Shown here in pieces: positions 1 through 8,706 of a DNA stretch of 31,216 bases. The stretch comes from Candidatus Heimdallarchaeota archaeon. GTDB taxonomy: Archaea; Asgardarchaeota; Heimdallarchaeia; Hodarchaeales; Hodarchaeaceae. The DNA lies in NCBI GenBank assembly GCA_019057635.1, contig DXJL01000195.1, positions 1-31,216 of the forward strand. The letters are read 5' to 3'. Position numbers and translations under genes: made by a program. How positions within the stretch are numbered: position 1 is the stretch's first letter; each line of letters begins with the position of its first letter. The notes beneath the pieces are model-generated. The model did not search any database. It worked only from the letters and a program-made list of their open reading frames with translations, and was not told the DNA's origin.

Positions 1-190
1 ATGTTTCGACTTTAGCAAATGACGAAATTATCGAAATTGGGAAGAATATTGAAATAATGACTTTAGTGATGTTATCTGCATGGCTCTTTTTGTAAAAGGG
101 GGAAAATCTCCATAATATTCCTAGTAAAATAAACAAATATACCCAGAAAAGGTCGCTTAATAAATCTACAAAACCAGTAATCGCGTCCAT
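1..190 (-). CDS. 5' part of a membrane transporter, probably AEC (auxin efflux carrier/malate permease) family; runs off the window edge
   Basis: Not in the ORF track. Read by hand from ATG at 190, with a GGTGAT Shine-Dalgarno just upstream: MDAITGFVDLLSDLFWVYLFILLGILWRFSPFYKKSHADNITKVIISIFFPISIISSFAKVET. Two hydrophobic helices with an AEC-like 'F.P..I..S' pattern. Confidence 0.6.
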   Translation of the reverse strand, partial: MDAITGFVDLLSDLFWVYLFILLGILWRFSPFYKKSHADNITKVIISIFFPISIISSFAKVET

Positions 191-229
191 ATTATTGATC
201 ACCATTATTTACAAAAAGAGGGGTAATTT

Positions 230-937
230 CTATTTTGGGTCATTATATGGACGGAAAATTGTTAAATAATGCCCAAACCGTTGTTTTTTTGTTTCCATAT
301 ATTTCAAATTGTGCTCTGTGAGAGGTAATTCGAGGGGTACACGTTCAGTTATCGGTAAATACTGCTCAAGCTGTTTAATTTTATCGGGATTATTTGTAAT
401 CAAACGCACACTATTTACTCCAAGTGTACGAAGCATTTCTCCTGATATTTCATAATCTCGTGGGTCAGGACCGAATCCTAGGACAACATTCGCATCATAG
501 GTATCATAGCCCTCATCTTGTAGAGCGTAAGCTCGAAGCTTATTTAGTAAGCCAATTCCTCTCCCTTCCTGTTGCATGTATATCACTAATCCACTTCCCT
601 CCTTTTCTATCATACTCAAAGCAGTTCCTAGTTGAGGTCCACAATCACAGCGTAACGATGCTAATGCATCACCAGTGAGGCAGGAGGAATGAACTCGTGT
701 TAACACATGCTCTTTGTTAACTACATCTCCCTTCATTATAGCAATATGTTCCTCCTTGTCTTTGTTATTTACAAACCCTATTATTTTGAATGTTCCATAT
801 TTACTCGGAAAATCAGCGACAGCAACGATGCTAACACATACGTGTTTCTTACAGTTTTCACAATCTTCATGATCTGGGCAATTCTTAAAGGTTTCAAGGC
901 TTTGAGAGATAATTTTTTCAATAGATAGTTTTTCCAT
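230..937 (-). CDS. ribA: GTP cyclohydrolase II with Cys-rich N-terminal extension
   Basis: Motifs RVHSSCLTGD, SLRCDCG (Zn ligands), QEGRGIGLLNKLRAY, TNNPDK and C-terminal Y..TK...GH. Confidence 0.95.
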   Translation of the reverse strand: MEKLSIEKIISQSLETFKNCPDHEDCENCKKHVCVSIVAVADFPSKYGTFKIIGFVNNKDKEEHIAIMKGDVVNKEHVLTRVHSSCLTGDALASLRCDCGPQLGTALSMIEKEGSGLVIYMQQEGRGIGLLNKLRAYALQDEGYDTYDANVVLGFGPDPRDYEISGEMLRTLGVNSVRLITNNPDKIKQLEQYLPITERVPLELPLTEHNLKYMETKKQRFGHYLTIFRPYNDPK

Positions 938-1093
938 AGATTTTGAGCACCTTCACGGGCATGATACCGGTTGTCAGAAGGAATTATTTCCACTTTTTGA
1001 AAATTTACTTTCTTTTATTACTAGATACTTACTTTAAAAGGGCTAATACCATACATAAATACAGTCATCCTTTCTTCTCTTGAGGTAGATCAA

Positions 1094-2827
1094 TTGGAAC
1101 TCGATGAATTAGTACTAAAACATTGTCTCATTAATGCTATTAAATACAAAGGTAAAGCTGATTCAAAATCGACATTAGGTGCAATAATTCAATCAGATCC
1201 CAAAGCTATCAAACCCTTAATCGCTGAAATACGCCCTATGATTGATATCACAATTAAACAGGTTAATGCGATGAACTTGGATCAACAAAAAGAGGCTTTA
1301 CTTGAAATCGATCCACAGAGCTTACCATCCCAAGAGAAAAAGAAAAAGGAAGTCAAGATTGAACTTCCTAATCTTGATAGATTTAAAAATGTTGCATTAA
1401 GACTTGCTCCTTATCCGTCAGGGCCACTGCACATTGGTAACAGCCGTATGGTTGTATTAAATGATTATCTCGCGAAAAAGTACAATGGTAACCTGTACTT
1501 AGTGTTCGATGATACTATTGGGTCAAAAACAAAAATCATTGATCCTAGTGCCTATGATTCGATACCTGAAGGATTAGCCCTTTTAGATGTCAAAGTACAC
1601 AAAACTTATTATAAATCCGATCGGCTTCAGCTCTTCTATGATTACTGTGTGAAAATTCTAGAAAAAGGACGGGCATATGTTTGTGATTGTGATGGTTCGG
1701 TCTGGCGTACAAAATACAAGGTCAAACAAAAAGAATGTCCGTGTCGTATTCTAAGTAAGGAAAATAATTTAGCTCGCTGGGAAAAGATGCTTGATGGAAC
1801 CTACCCTGAGCAAGGCGCTGTTGTCAGGTTAAAAACAGGAATGGATACTCCTGATCCAGCCATCCGTGATCCAGTAATGTTACGTATTTCAGAACGAGAA
1901 CACCCACGAGTCGGATCAAAATACCGAGTCTGGCCTCTTCTTGAGTTTTCATGGGGAATAGATGATCACGAGCTCAGAATATCACATATTATAAGAGGAA
2001 AAGACTTACGGAAGGAAGGAGTCCTTGAAGAAAAGATCTGGGATATATTTAATTGGAAAAAACCTTCCATCAATCTTTATGGAAGGATGAAACTCAAGGA
2101 TTTGCAACTTAGCAAAAGTAAAGCTGCTCAAAAAATACGGTCTGGTGAGTATGAAGGTTGGACTGATCCCCGTACATGGACACTTCAATCACTCGAACGA
2201 CGAGGCATTCAAGCTGAAGCTATCAGAAAATCTCTACTCGCAATTGGAATGAATCCCGTAGATGTCACTTTTTCACCTGATCAAATTTATTCTGTGAATA
2301 GAAAGCTAATCGATTCCCAAGCGGATAGATATTTTCTTACTATCAACCCTGTGGTTTGTACAATAAAGAATACACCGACCGATGTACCCTCTGCTACCCC
2401 TTGTATCCATCCTGAATTTCCTGAAAGAGGAACCCGATTGATAGATATAAACGTAAAACATAATGAAATTCAGGTGAACCTTTCCTATGATGATATAAAG
2501 TCTGTTAAAAAGGGTACACTTATCAGATTGAAAGATTTAATGAATGTGACGGTCACATCTAAGACAAAGAAGGGAATTACGGCTGTATATCATAGTTTGG
2601 ATGTTAAGACGGCTCGTGAGGGAAAAGCATCAATGATTCAATGGACACCTATTCAAACAGGTGTACCCACTACAATATTAACAACAGACGGTACATATCT
2701 TAACGGAATAGCTGAACCAGATCTTCTAAAAGCTCAACCTGGATCTATTATCCAATTTGAAAGATTTGCGTTCTGTCGAGTTGAAGCTGTCAATACTTCT
2801 GCAAAATTGATCTGGACACATCAATGA
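1094..2827 (+). CDS. gltX: Glutamate--tRNA ligase, archaeal type
   Basis: RLAPYPSGPLHIGN (HIGH motif), FDDT, AYVCDC...CPCR Zn site, HIIRGKD, LSKS, W.DPR..T, QFERF; archaeal N-terminal helical domain; GAGGT RBS before the TTG start. Confidence 0.95.
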   Translation: MELDELVLKHCLINAIKYKGKADSKSTLGAIIQSDPKAIKPLIAEIRPMIDITIKQVNAMNLDQQKEALLEIDPQSLPSQEKKKKEVKIELPNLDRFKNVALRLAPYPSGPLHIGNSRMVVLNDYLAKKYNGNLYLVFDDTIGSKTKIIDPSAYDSIPEGLALLDVKVHKTYYKSDRLQLFYDYCVKILEKGRAYVCDCDGSVWRTKYKVKQKECPCRILSKENNLARWEKMLDGTYPEQGAVVRLKTGMDTPDPAIRDPVMLRISEREHPRVGSKYRVWPLLEFSWGIDDHELRISHIIRGKDLRKEGVLEEKIWDIFNWKKPSINLYGRMKLKDLQLSKSKAAQKIRSGEYEGWTDPRTWTLQSLERRGIQAEAIRKSLLAIGMNPVDVTFSPDQIYSVNRKLIDSQADRYFLTINPVVCTIKNTPTDVPSATPCIHPEFPERGTRLIDINVKHNEIQVNLSYDDIKSVKKGTLIRLKDLMNVTVTSKTKKGITAVYHSLDVKTAREGKASMIQWTPIQTGVPTTILTTDGTYLNGIAEPDLLKAQPGSIIQFERFAFCRVEAVNTSAKLIWTHQ

Positions 2828-3273
2828 ATGAAGGCTTTATTATCATGCCTGTTCAAAAAGGAGATAGAATTCGTATCGAATATGAAGCATATCTCGATGA
2901 TGGACAAGTGTTTGATAGTACAGAGAACCACGGATTTCCTATGAAGCTAACAGTAGGGGAGGGGAAATTTTTAGATGCATTTGAAGACGCACTTTATGGT
3001 ATGGAAGTAGGGGAGGTAAAATTGATTAGATTATCTCCTCAAGATGCCTATGGAGAATATGGATTTGAGAAAATTGAGTTAATACCAAGAGAGAAATTAC
3101 CAACAAAAAATGAATTAGAAATAGGATCTCTTTTGATTTTGACAGATCCAACTGGAAATGAAATACCTACAAAAGTTCTTGATTTTACCGACACTGAAGT
3201 GACATTAGATTTTAATCATCCCTTAGCTGGAATTACATTAAACTATCGAGTAACCGTTATAGAAATTCTTTAA
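2824..3273 (+). CDS. slyD: FKBP-type peptidyl-prolyl cis-trans isomerase (SlyD-like, with insert-in-flap domain)
   Basis: GQVFDST, P..AYG and LDFNHPLAG..L.Y.V motifs; ATGA overlap with the gltX stop (alternative start at 2845). Confidence 0.9.
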   Translation: MNEGFIIMPVQKGDRIRIEYEAYLDDGQVFDSTENHGFPMKLTVGEGKFLDAFEDALYGMEVGEVKLIRLSPQDAYGEYGFEKIELIPREKLPTKNELEIGSLLILTDPTGNEIPTKVLDFTDTEVTLDFNHPLAGITLNYRVTVIEIL

Positions 3274-3321
3274 GTTAAGTTTGTATAGGAATCATCAATC
3301 AAGTAAGAGAGGAACTGAATA

Positions 3322-3702
3322 TTGTTATTTGGAAGAATTGGTCGAATATTGCTTGTTATTGGTAGTGTAGTGATGGTTGTCTTTGCGGGTCTTTTTTTCA
3401 TTATCAATCTTCTAACTGAAGCGAATTTCATCAGTGGAATTGATTTAGATACGTTAAATATCACTCTCACTGTGAGTACACTAGGTACCAGAGGATGGAT
3501 ATTATCTAGCCTGATCACATTTATTTCTGGATTAATAGGGGTTAAGGGGTATACTGATTTGGCAGAAGAACCTCAAAAAATAGATCTGTTATTCACTTGG
3601 GGAGTTTTCGGAATCGTATTAGGAATAGTTGGGGGAACAATCGGAGGTGGAATTATTCTGATTGCTGGTATCTTTCTTATGATAAGTTATTTCAAAGAAT
3701 AA
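3322..3702 (+). CDS. Small hypothetical membrane protein (3-4 TM helices)
   Basis: Hydrophobic Gly-rich segments; purine-rich RBS-like sequence upstream; fills the gap between flanking genes. Confidence 0.7.
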   Translation: MLFGRIGRILLVIGSVVMVVFAGLFFIINLLTEANFISGIDLDTLNITLTVSTLGTRGWILSSLITFISGLIGVKGYTDLAEEPQKIDLLFTWGVFGIVLGIVGGTIGGGIILIAGIFLMISYFKE

Positions 3703-3703
3703 A

Positions 3704-4450
3704 TTAGTTACTATGAGATTTATCATGTAAATGGGAAACTAAAGTTCTAATAGAATCATCAACTCCTTCTCCCGTAACCATAGAAGTTTCATGAAGGTTC
3801 GCACGTGCACTAATCATGTGTTTAATGCTATCAAGACCTATATAACAACCATGTTCTAGCAAATCCGCTTTATTCAACAGGATGATGATAGGAATACTAT
3901 TCTCTTCATTTTTCCGAGATTCTTCATCTCGAATTAGCTCTAAAAAGTAGTTTACTTTTCCGACACTACTCATATTCGTCCCATCAACAATGATGATCAC
4001 TGCATCACTCCCTCGCATCGTAATATCAGGCATAAAGTCAAATCGTTCCTGTCCTGCGTTATCAAAGAAATTTAATTTGTATATTTCTTCAATATCGTCT
4101 CTTTGCATAAGATTTTCTACTTCGTTTGGTCCATGAAATTCGATAGAATTAAACAACGTACGGACAAGCAAGATTCCTGCGCTATTTAGTGAAAGGGTTG
4201 TTGTGGACTCTTGTTCCTGAGATTTGGCTGCACCGACACGAAACCAGGTATGAGTTGAATCCACTTTATTTTCTGTATTAGAGCGTCTCACAACATCGGA
4301 TTGAGGTTTAAAAAGATCCCCAAGAATCCGTTTCATAAAAGCTGTTTTTCCTGATCCTGTAGATCCGACTATACTAATTTTAAATACGCCTTTGAAGCCT
4401 TCAGGCATGCCATGCTGTAACATGCGACTTACTCTTCCCGCTCTAAACAT
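3704..4450 (-). CDS. Ras-superfamily (Rab-like) small GTPase with insertions
   Basis: G1 GSTGSGKT, G3 DNAGQERF, G4 NKAD, G5 ETSM..G.GV; no C-terminal Cys prenylation motif. Confidence 0.9.
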   Translation of the reverse strand: MFRAGRVSRMLQHGMPEGFKGVFKISIVGSTGSGKTAFMKRILGDLFKPQSDVVRRSNTENKVDSTHTWFRVGAAKSQEQESTTTLSLNSAGILLVRTLFNSIEFHGPNEVENLMQRDDIEEIYKLNFFDNAGQERFDFMPDITMRGSDAVIIIVDGTNMSSVGKVNYFLELIRDEESRKNEENSIPIIILLNKADLLEHGCYIGLDSIKHMISARANLHETSMVTGEGVDDSIRTLVSHLHDKSHSN

Positions 4451-4558
4451 TTTCTACATCTAGTCCCGTTTAAGTATCATATTCCCGAGGTCACATGATT
4501 TCTGGAAATTAATTACTATAAAACTAACTAGTCAAACTCTCCGCTGAATTCTAGTATC

Positions 4559-5757
4559 TTAGGAATCGTATTCATACGCAGGGAGTGTGCATCTCAAAGA
4601 GGTGGGTTTACGGTACCCAAGAAGGAATGACCCTTGTATCAGTTTTTGAATTTCATTTGTACCTTCAAGAATAGTATTTGCTCGAGCATTACGCCAGTAG
4701 TGTTCAACAGGAAAATCACCACTATACCCTTTTGCCCCATGGATTTGAATAGCCCGATTTGCTGCATCAGATGCATGATTCGTTGCTTGCCACTTCGCTA
4801 TTGCAGTCTCTCGTGTGTTTTGAAGTCCTTGATTTTTCATCCAGGCACACTTGTAAACAAGAAGTTGTGATTGGTCATAACCTGCTTGCATATACGCTAA
4901 ATGTTCTTGAATCAATTCAAATTTCCCAATTTCCTGACCAAAAGCTTTTCTTTCATGGCAATACTCAACTGACGCGTCAATTGAAGCTTTAATTAGACCG
5001 CATGCCCCAGCCGCAACAGTAAACCGACCATTATCTAATGCCGACATCGCGATTTTAAAACCCTCGCCTTCTTGCCCTAAGAGATTTTCTTTGGGTACTC
5101 GAACATCTTGTAAGATAATTTCACCTGTATCTCCTATTCTTATACCCAATTTATCATGGAAAGAAGTTGTTGATACCCCTGAAAACTCCTTTTCGACAAT
5201 AAATGCGGCAATCCCACGATATCCTTTTTCTTTTCCTAATTTTGCAAAAATAAGAAAATTATCAGCCACTTCTACCAGGCTTATCCATTGTTTGGCGCCA
5301 TTCACCACAAATTCTTCACCCTCAACGACAGCTTTTGTTTTTAGATTAGCCACATCTGATCCAGTATTTGGTTCTGTAAGACCAAATGCCCCAATTTTTT
5401 TTCTTTTGCTTGAGGAATGAGGTATTTCTCTTGTTGTTCCGTTGTTCCCCATTGGTAAAGGGATAAACTACTTAATACTGTGTGTACAGACATAATAACA
5501 CGTAATGAAGTATCCATTCGCTCTAATTCTTCGCTTACGATAGCCAACGCAAGATAATCTAATCCTGAACCTCCTAACTTTTCAGGAATGCACACACCTA
5601 ATATCCCAAGTTCCCCCATTTTAGGAAGTACTTGGGGATAAACTGATTTCTGTCGTTTATCATAATCACTAATAATTGGTCCAACTTCACGTTCAACAAA
5701 GTCTCGAACACTGTCACGGAGCATCTGGTGTTCTTCTGTAAGCGAAAAATCTATCAT
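4559..5757 (-). pseudogene. Acyl-CoA dehydrogenase split by a 1-nt frameshift at an A8 run (5395-5402)
   Basis: The N-part (5757..~5400: MIDFSLTEEH...QQEKYLIPQAK) and C-part (IGAFGLTEPNTGSD, NGAKQWI, KLGIR, LDNGR, QIHGAKGY, EGTNEIQ) join into one full-length ACAD with a -1 shift. Confidence 0.85.
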
Positions 5758-5845
5758 TCTTCTACCACCTTTCTTTTAGAGAAAAAATTAGTATATCTAA
5801 TGATGTTTATTACACTTCATAATCACTCTGCTTAATGGTTCCAAT

Positions 5846-5868
5846 CATGACTAAATTTGTCAGACAAC
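5846..5868 (-). repeat. Junction motif copy 1 (minus strand GTTGTCTGACAAATTTAGTCATG)
   Basis: Contains the palindrome TTGTC-A-GACAA at 5857-5867; includes the tnpB stop codon. Confidence 0.8.
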
Positions 5869-5990
5869 TTTGGAAACAAAGTTCTGGACAGGATGAGTCA
5901 CATATCCGCTATCTGGCAGGCCCGACACCATAAAAGGTGTAGGAACCATAGGGACTACTTTAAACTTACATATATACCGTTGAAGAATAT
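5858..5990 (-). ncRNA. Candidate omegaRNA/reRNA scaffold overlapping the tnpB 3' end (boundaries approximate)
   Basis: This position is where TnpB omegaRNAs are known to lie. Visible stems: ACACC-6nt-GGTGT (5925-5940), an imperfect stem at 5887-5913, and AACTTTG-4nt-CAAAGTT (5866-5883). Expression is inferred only. Confidence 0.45.
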
Positions 5991-7131
5991 TCCGAGCCGC
6001 ATTGTAATCTGCATTCAGGAAAAACCCACACGCTCGACATACAAAGCACCCGCGGGATTTACGATTGCGTTTATCTACACACCCACATTGACTACATTGT
6101 TGGGAGGTATGAGCTTCGTTCACACGGACTACAGTCATCCCAACAAGTTTGGCTTTATATTCGAGCATTTTAACGAATTGAAGAAAAGGAAGGTGAACAA
6201 AAGACTGGTTAGTTCGCTTTCCTAAGTTACAGTGTTGTTTCCAAAGAGGATTATAACCAATGATTAGTGTATCAATATTTTACTGCACACAGTAAGAGAT
6301 AATCTACCGAGAGGTTTGATGAAAGACATCACGGAGCTTATTCGTCCGAACACGCGAGAGGCGTTGAATCCGACGGGTAGTAACCTGTTGCTTGTGAATG
6401 TTAGCTAGCGACCGATAATGGGCAAGTTGTTTATTATACCACTGATTAATTGCCTTAACTACCCCGCCTTTGACGAGTAACCCGTCTGACGAAGTTACGA
6501 GGTTGTTAAGGCCGAGATCTAGCCCCATCGCTCGAGGAGGGGAATCAGAGGTGGGAAAGTGATGTACTTGCACTTCATACAGAATTTCTACCACAAATCG
6601 ATCATAAAACGGAACTAAGCGTGCACCGATACAGGTCTCGGCAGTAAGAGGCAGTGTTCCCAGCGGAAAGGTGGGAAACCCGCGAAGCATGAGATTTCGA
6701 GCAAACAGAATCTGGTTCTCACGGATTCGGACCCGAGGGCGGGGAAAGTTCAGCATATGGAGCCCATTTTTGGGTTTATACCCTGGGATTCGGGGACGAC
6801 TCTGAAACTTGGTTGGATCCTTCTTCCACGCTTTTAACCCATTAAAAAAGCTCCGCCAGGTTTGTTCTACCGGCCGTAGAACTTGTTGGGGAAGGTAACT
6901 ATCGGAGAGGGTTTTTAAGGCTAAATACACTGGTTCGGCCTTAAGCCGATGATACAGGGTGGTATATTGCACCCATTTACCTGTCTGAAAGAATGTTTGT
7001 CGTACCACATATGTTGCCCGATTGTACAGATTCTTTGCACACGCACACAAATCGGTAAAAATTGGCCGCGGTTTCATTTGAATTCGGATGGCCAACTGTG
7101 GATGAGGGTGTTTTTTGGTACGTATTCCCAC
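5860..7131 (-). pseudogene. tnpB: RNA-guided endonuclease TnpB interrupted by two in-frame stops (TAG 6304-6306, TAA 6280-6282)
   Basis: ORFs 7131..6304 and 6168..5860 are in the same frame: HQTSR*IISYCVQ*NIDTLIIGYNPLWKQ...MLEYKA. Motifs KNLYN, GLDLG (RuvC-I), VNEAHTSQQCSQCG...CRACG (Zn finger) and NADYNAARNI (RuvC-III). Confidence 0.92.
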
Positions 7132-7164
7132 CTCATTGTGAGTCCTCGTGTTTATAACTTTACA

Positions 7165-7179
7165 AGAGAGAGAGAGAGA
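7165..7179. repeat. (AG)7A microsatellite upstream of tnpB
   Basis: agagagagagagaga read directly; lies just upstream (minus-strand sense) of a TTATAA box at 7152-7157. Confidence 0.8.
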
Positions 7180-7245
7180 TTCATGAAAGTGGCGAATGTA
7201 GTGAAAATGAGGCTGATTTTGGTCTGAAGAGTACTTTTATATTTC

Positions 7246-7268
7246 GTTGTCAGACAAATTCAACCATG
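7246..7268 (+). repeat. Junction motif copy 2 (GTTGTCAGACAAATTCAACCATG)
   Basis: Palindrome at 7247-7257; the terminal ATG is the start codon of the 7266 gene. Confidence 0.8.
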
Positions 7269-8042
7269 CCACCAACTGGTTTTCATGGTCTTCTCGGCTT
7301 ACTCTTCGCAGGTAAGGTTAAATCCAAAGCAGGAAAAGTAGGGATTGCATGGGGATCTGTTTTTCCTGATTTAGATTTACTAGGTAGCATTATTTTATTT
7401 ATTTTTACACAAGACCTAGAATTAACCATTTTCTTCCATAGATCAGTAACGCATAGCTTTATTGTTATGGCTATTATATTGATCAGTTGTTTACTCATCT
7501 CAGGATTTTGGTCTGATAAATTTCCTGATTTAATTCCATTTATTCTAGGTTTTGTTGGGGGAATGGCGATACACGCTGTTATGGACTTGTTTTATCTGGA
7601 TGGCGTTGCAATATTGTGGCCTATACAAGCTATGAATGATAGGCTTGTAATTCTCGACTATACATTTGCTGAACTCACACCTGTTTACAATAATCTTTTA
7701 GCTAAGGTTATTTCAACTCTTGATGGAGGGTTTGAAGCTATCTATTATTTTGTTTTTATCTTCCTTGCAAAAAGATTTAATACTGACCGAGAAATCTCAG
7801 TTGAGCTATTTTCGAAAAGGTATGAAGTACAAAATTGGATTCTAAAACTCAAGACATTTTCCTTTGTAGTTCTCGGAGTAACAACGATTTTTCTTTCGAC
7901 GGCTTTTCTGTCCATTTCCATTCTCCCAATCGATTTAGAGCTTTTTATAATGCTTCTTTACATCCCACTTGCCCCTGTATATCTGTTATCAGGAACTCTT
8001 CCTCTGATTATGCATAAAACGGTAGAAGAAGTGAGTTTCTAG
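7266..8042 (+). CDS. Membrane-bound metal-dependent hydrolase (YdjM/DUF457-like)
   Basis: N-terminal His, PDLD, HRSVTHS and H..MD motifs with multiple TM segments. Confidence 0.85.
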   Translation: MPPTGFHGLLGLLFAGKVKSKAGKVGIAWGSVFPDLDLLGSIILFIFTQDLELTIFFHRSVTHSFIVMAIILISCLLISGFWSDKFPDLIPFILGFVGGMAIHAVMDLFYLDGVAILWPIQAMNDRLVILDYTFAELTPVYNNLLAKVISTLDGGFEAIYYFVFIFLAKRFNTDREISVELFSKRYEVQNWILKLKTFSFVVLGVTTIFLSTAFLSISILPIDLELFIMLLYIPLAPVYLLSGTLPLIMHKTVEEVSF

Positions 8043-8212
8043 TTTCAAGGACTTCATTCACTTTTTCATTCGTTTTCATCCTCAGATGACGGAAATGTAA
8101 TTTCAATATTAATCCCACTAGTTTCGCGTGAGAAAAATAGTCTATAGGGATATCTCAGTGAATCTGTTTTTCCAGCACGTTATTAAACTCCTCTTTTCAT
8201 TAAACATACATT

Positions 8213-8683
8213 ATGCGTATCAAACAACTCACAGAAAAGATGCAGTTCTCCACAACTGCTACTTGGAAAAAAGATAAGGAAGGATCATTTCTCACAACAA
8301 ATTATCCTGAACTCGTTCCTTTTAGTTGTCCCCCTGAATTAGGTGGAATTGGAACACCTTCTCCCGAAGATCTTTTCTTATCCGCAATTGCTACATGTAC
8401 ATTGACCACACTTCTACATATTTGTGACTCACTACGAACTGCTCCAAATACTCTCGAAGTAAGTGTTTCTGGGGATCTTCGTCTTATTAAGGCTAGTAAC
8501 TATGAATTTGAAAACATTAAATGCCGACTTGAGGTAACTGGAGATGAATTTCTACTTGAAAGAGCGTGTGAAAAAGTTCCGCAATTATGTGTTGTTAGTA
8601 ATTCTATAAAACCACTGATTAGCTATCAGATAATAATAAACTCTCAGCACCGTTTGACTCTTACAAATCAAAAATCCTCTTAG
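8213..8683 (+). CDS. OsmC/Ohr-family protein
   Basis: P.ELGG...PSPEDLFLSAIATC and a second Cys in LCVVSNSI. Confidence 0.85.
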   Translation: MRIKQLTEKMQFSTTATWKKDKEGSFLTTNYPELVPFSCPPELGGIGTPSPEDLFLSAIATCTLTTLLHICDSLRTAPNTLEVSVSGDLRLIKASNYEFENIKCRLEVTGDEFLLERACEKVPQLCVVSNSIKPLISYQIIINSQHRLTLTNQKSS

Positions 8684-8706
8684 CTAGCTAGTATTATTAT
8701 GAATTT

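Larger units (their letters stand above)
5857..7257 (-). mobile_element. Non-autonomous TnpB-only (IS200/IS605-family, IS1341-like) element
   Basis: Carries only tnpB; visibly more GC-rich than its flanks; bounded by identical TTGTCAGACAA at 5857-5867 and 7247-7257; sub-terminal hairpin at 5858-5890; sits between two divergent genes. Confidence 0.8.

Noticed and set aside
969-977. Partial motif GTTGTCAGA between ribA and gltX
   Set aside because: Only 9 nt match and the palindrome's right arm is missing; compatible with chance.
5857-6225. 122-aa plus-strand ORF and 92-aa ORF 6949..7227 as element-encoded accessory genes
   Set aside because: Antisense shadows of tnpB with no recognisable motifs (no HUH/Y1 or serine-recombinase signature).
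8070-8180. Short minus-strand open frame (...RETSGINIEITFPSSEDENE*)
   Set aside because: No start codon in frame and too short to assign; at most a remnant.
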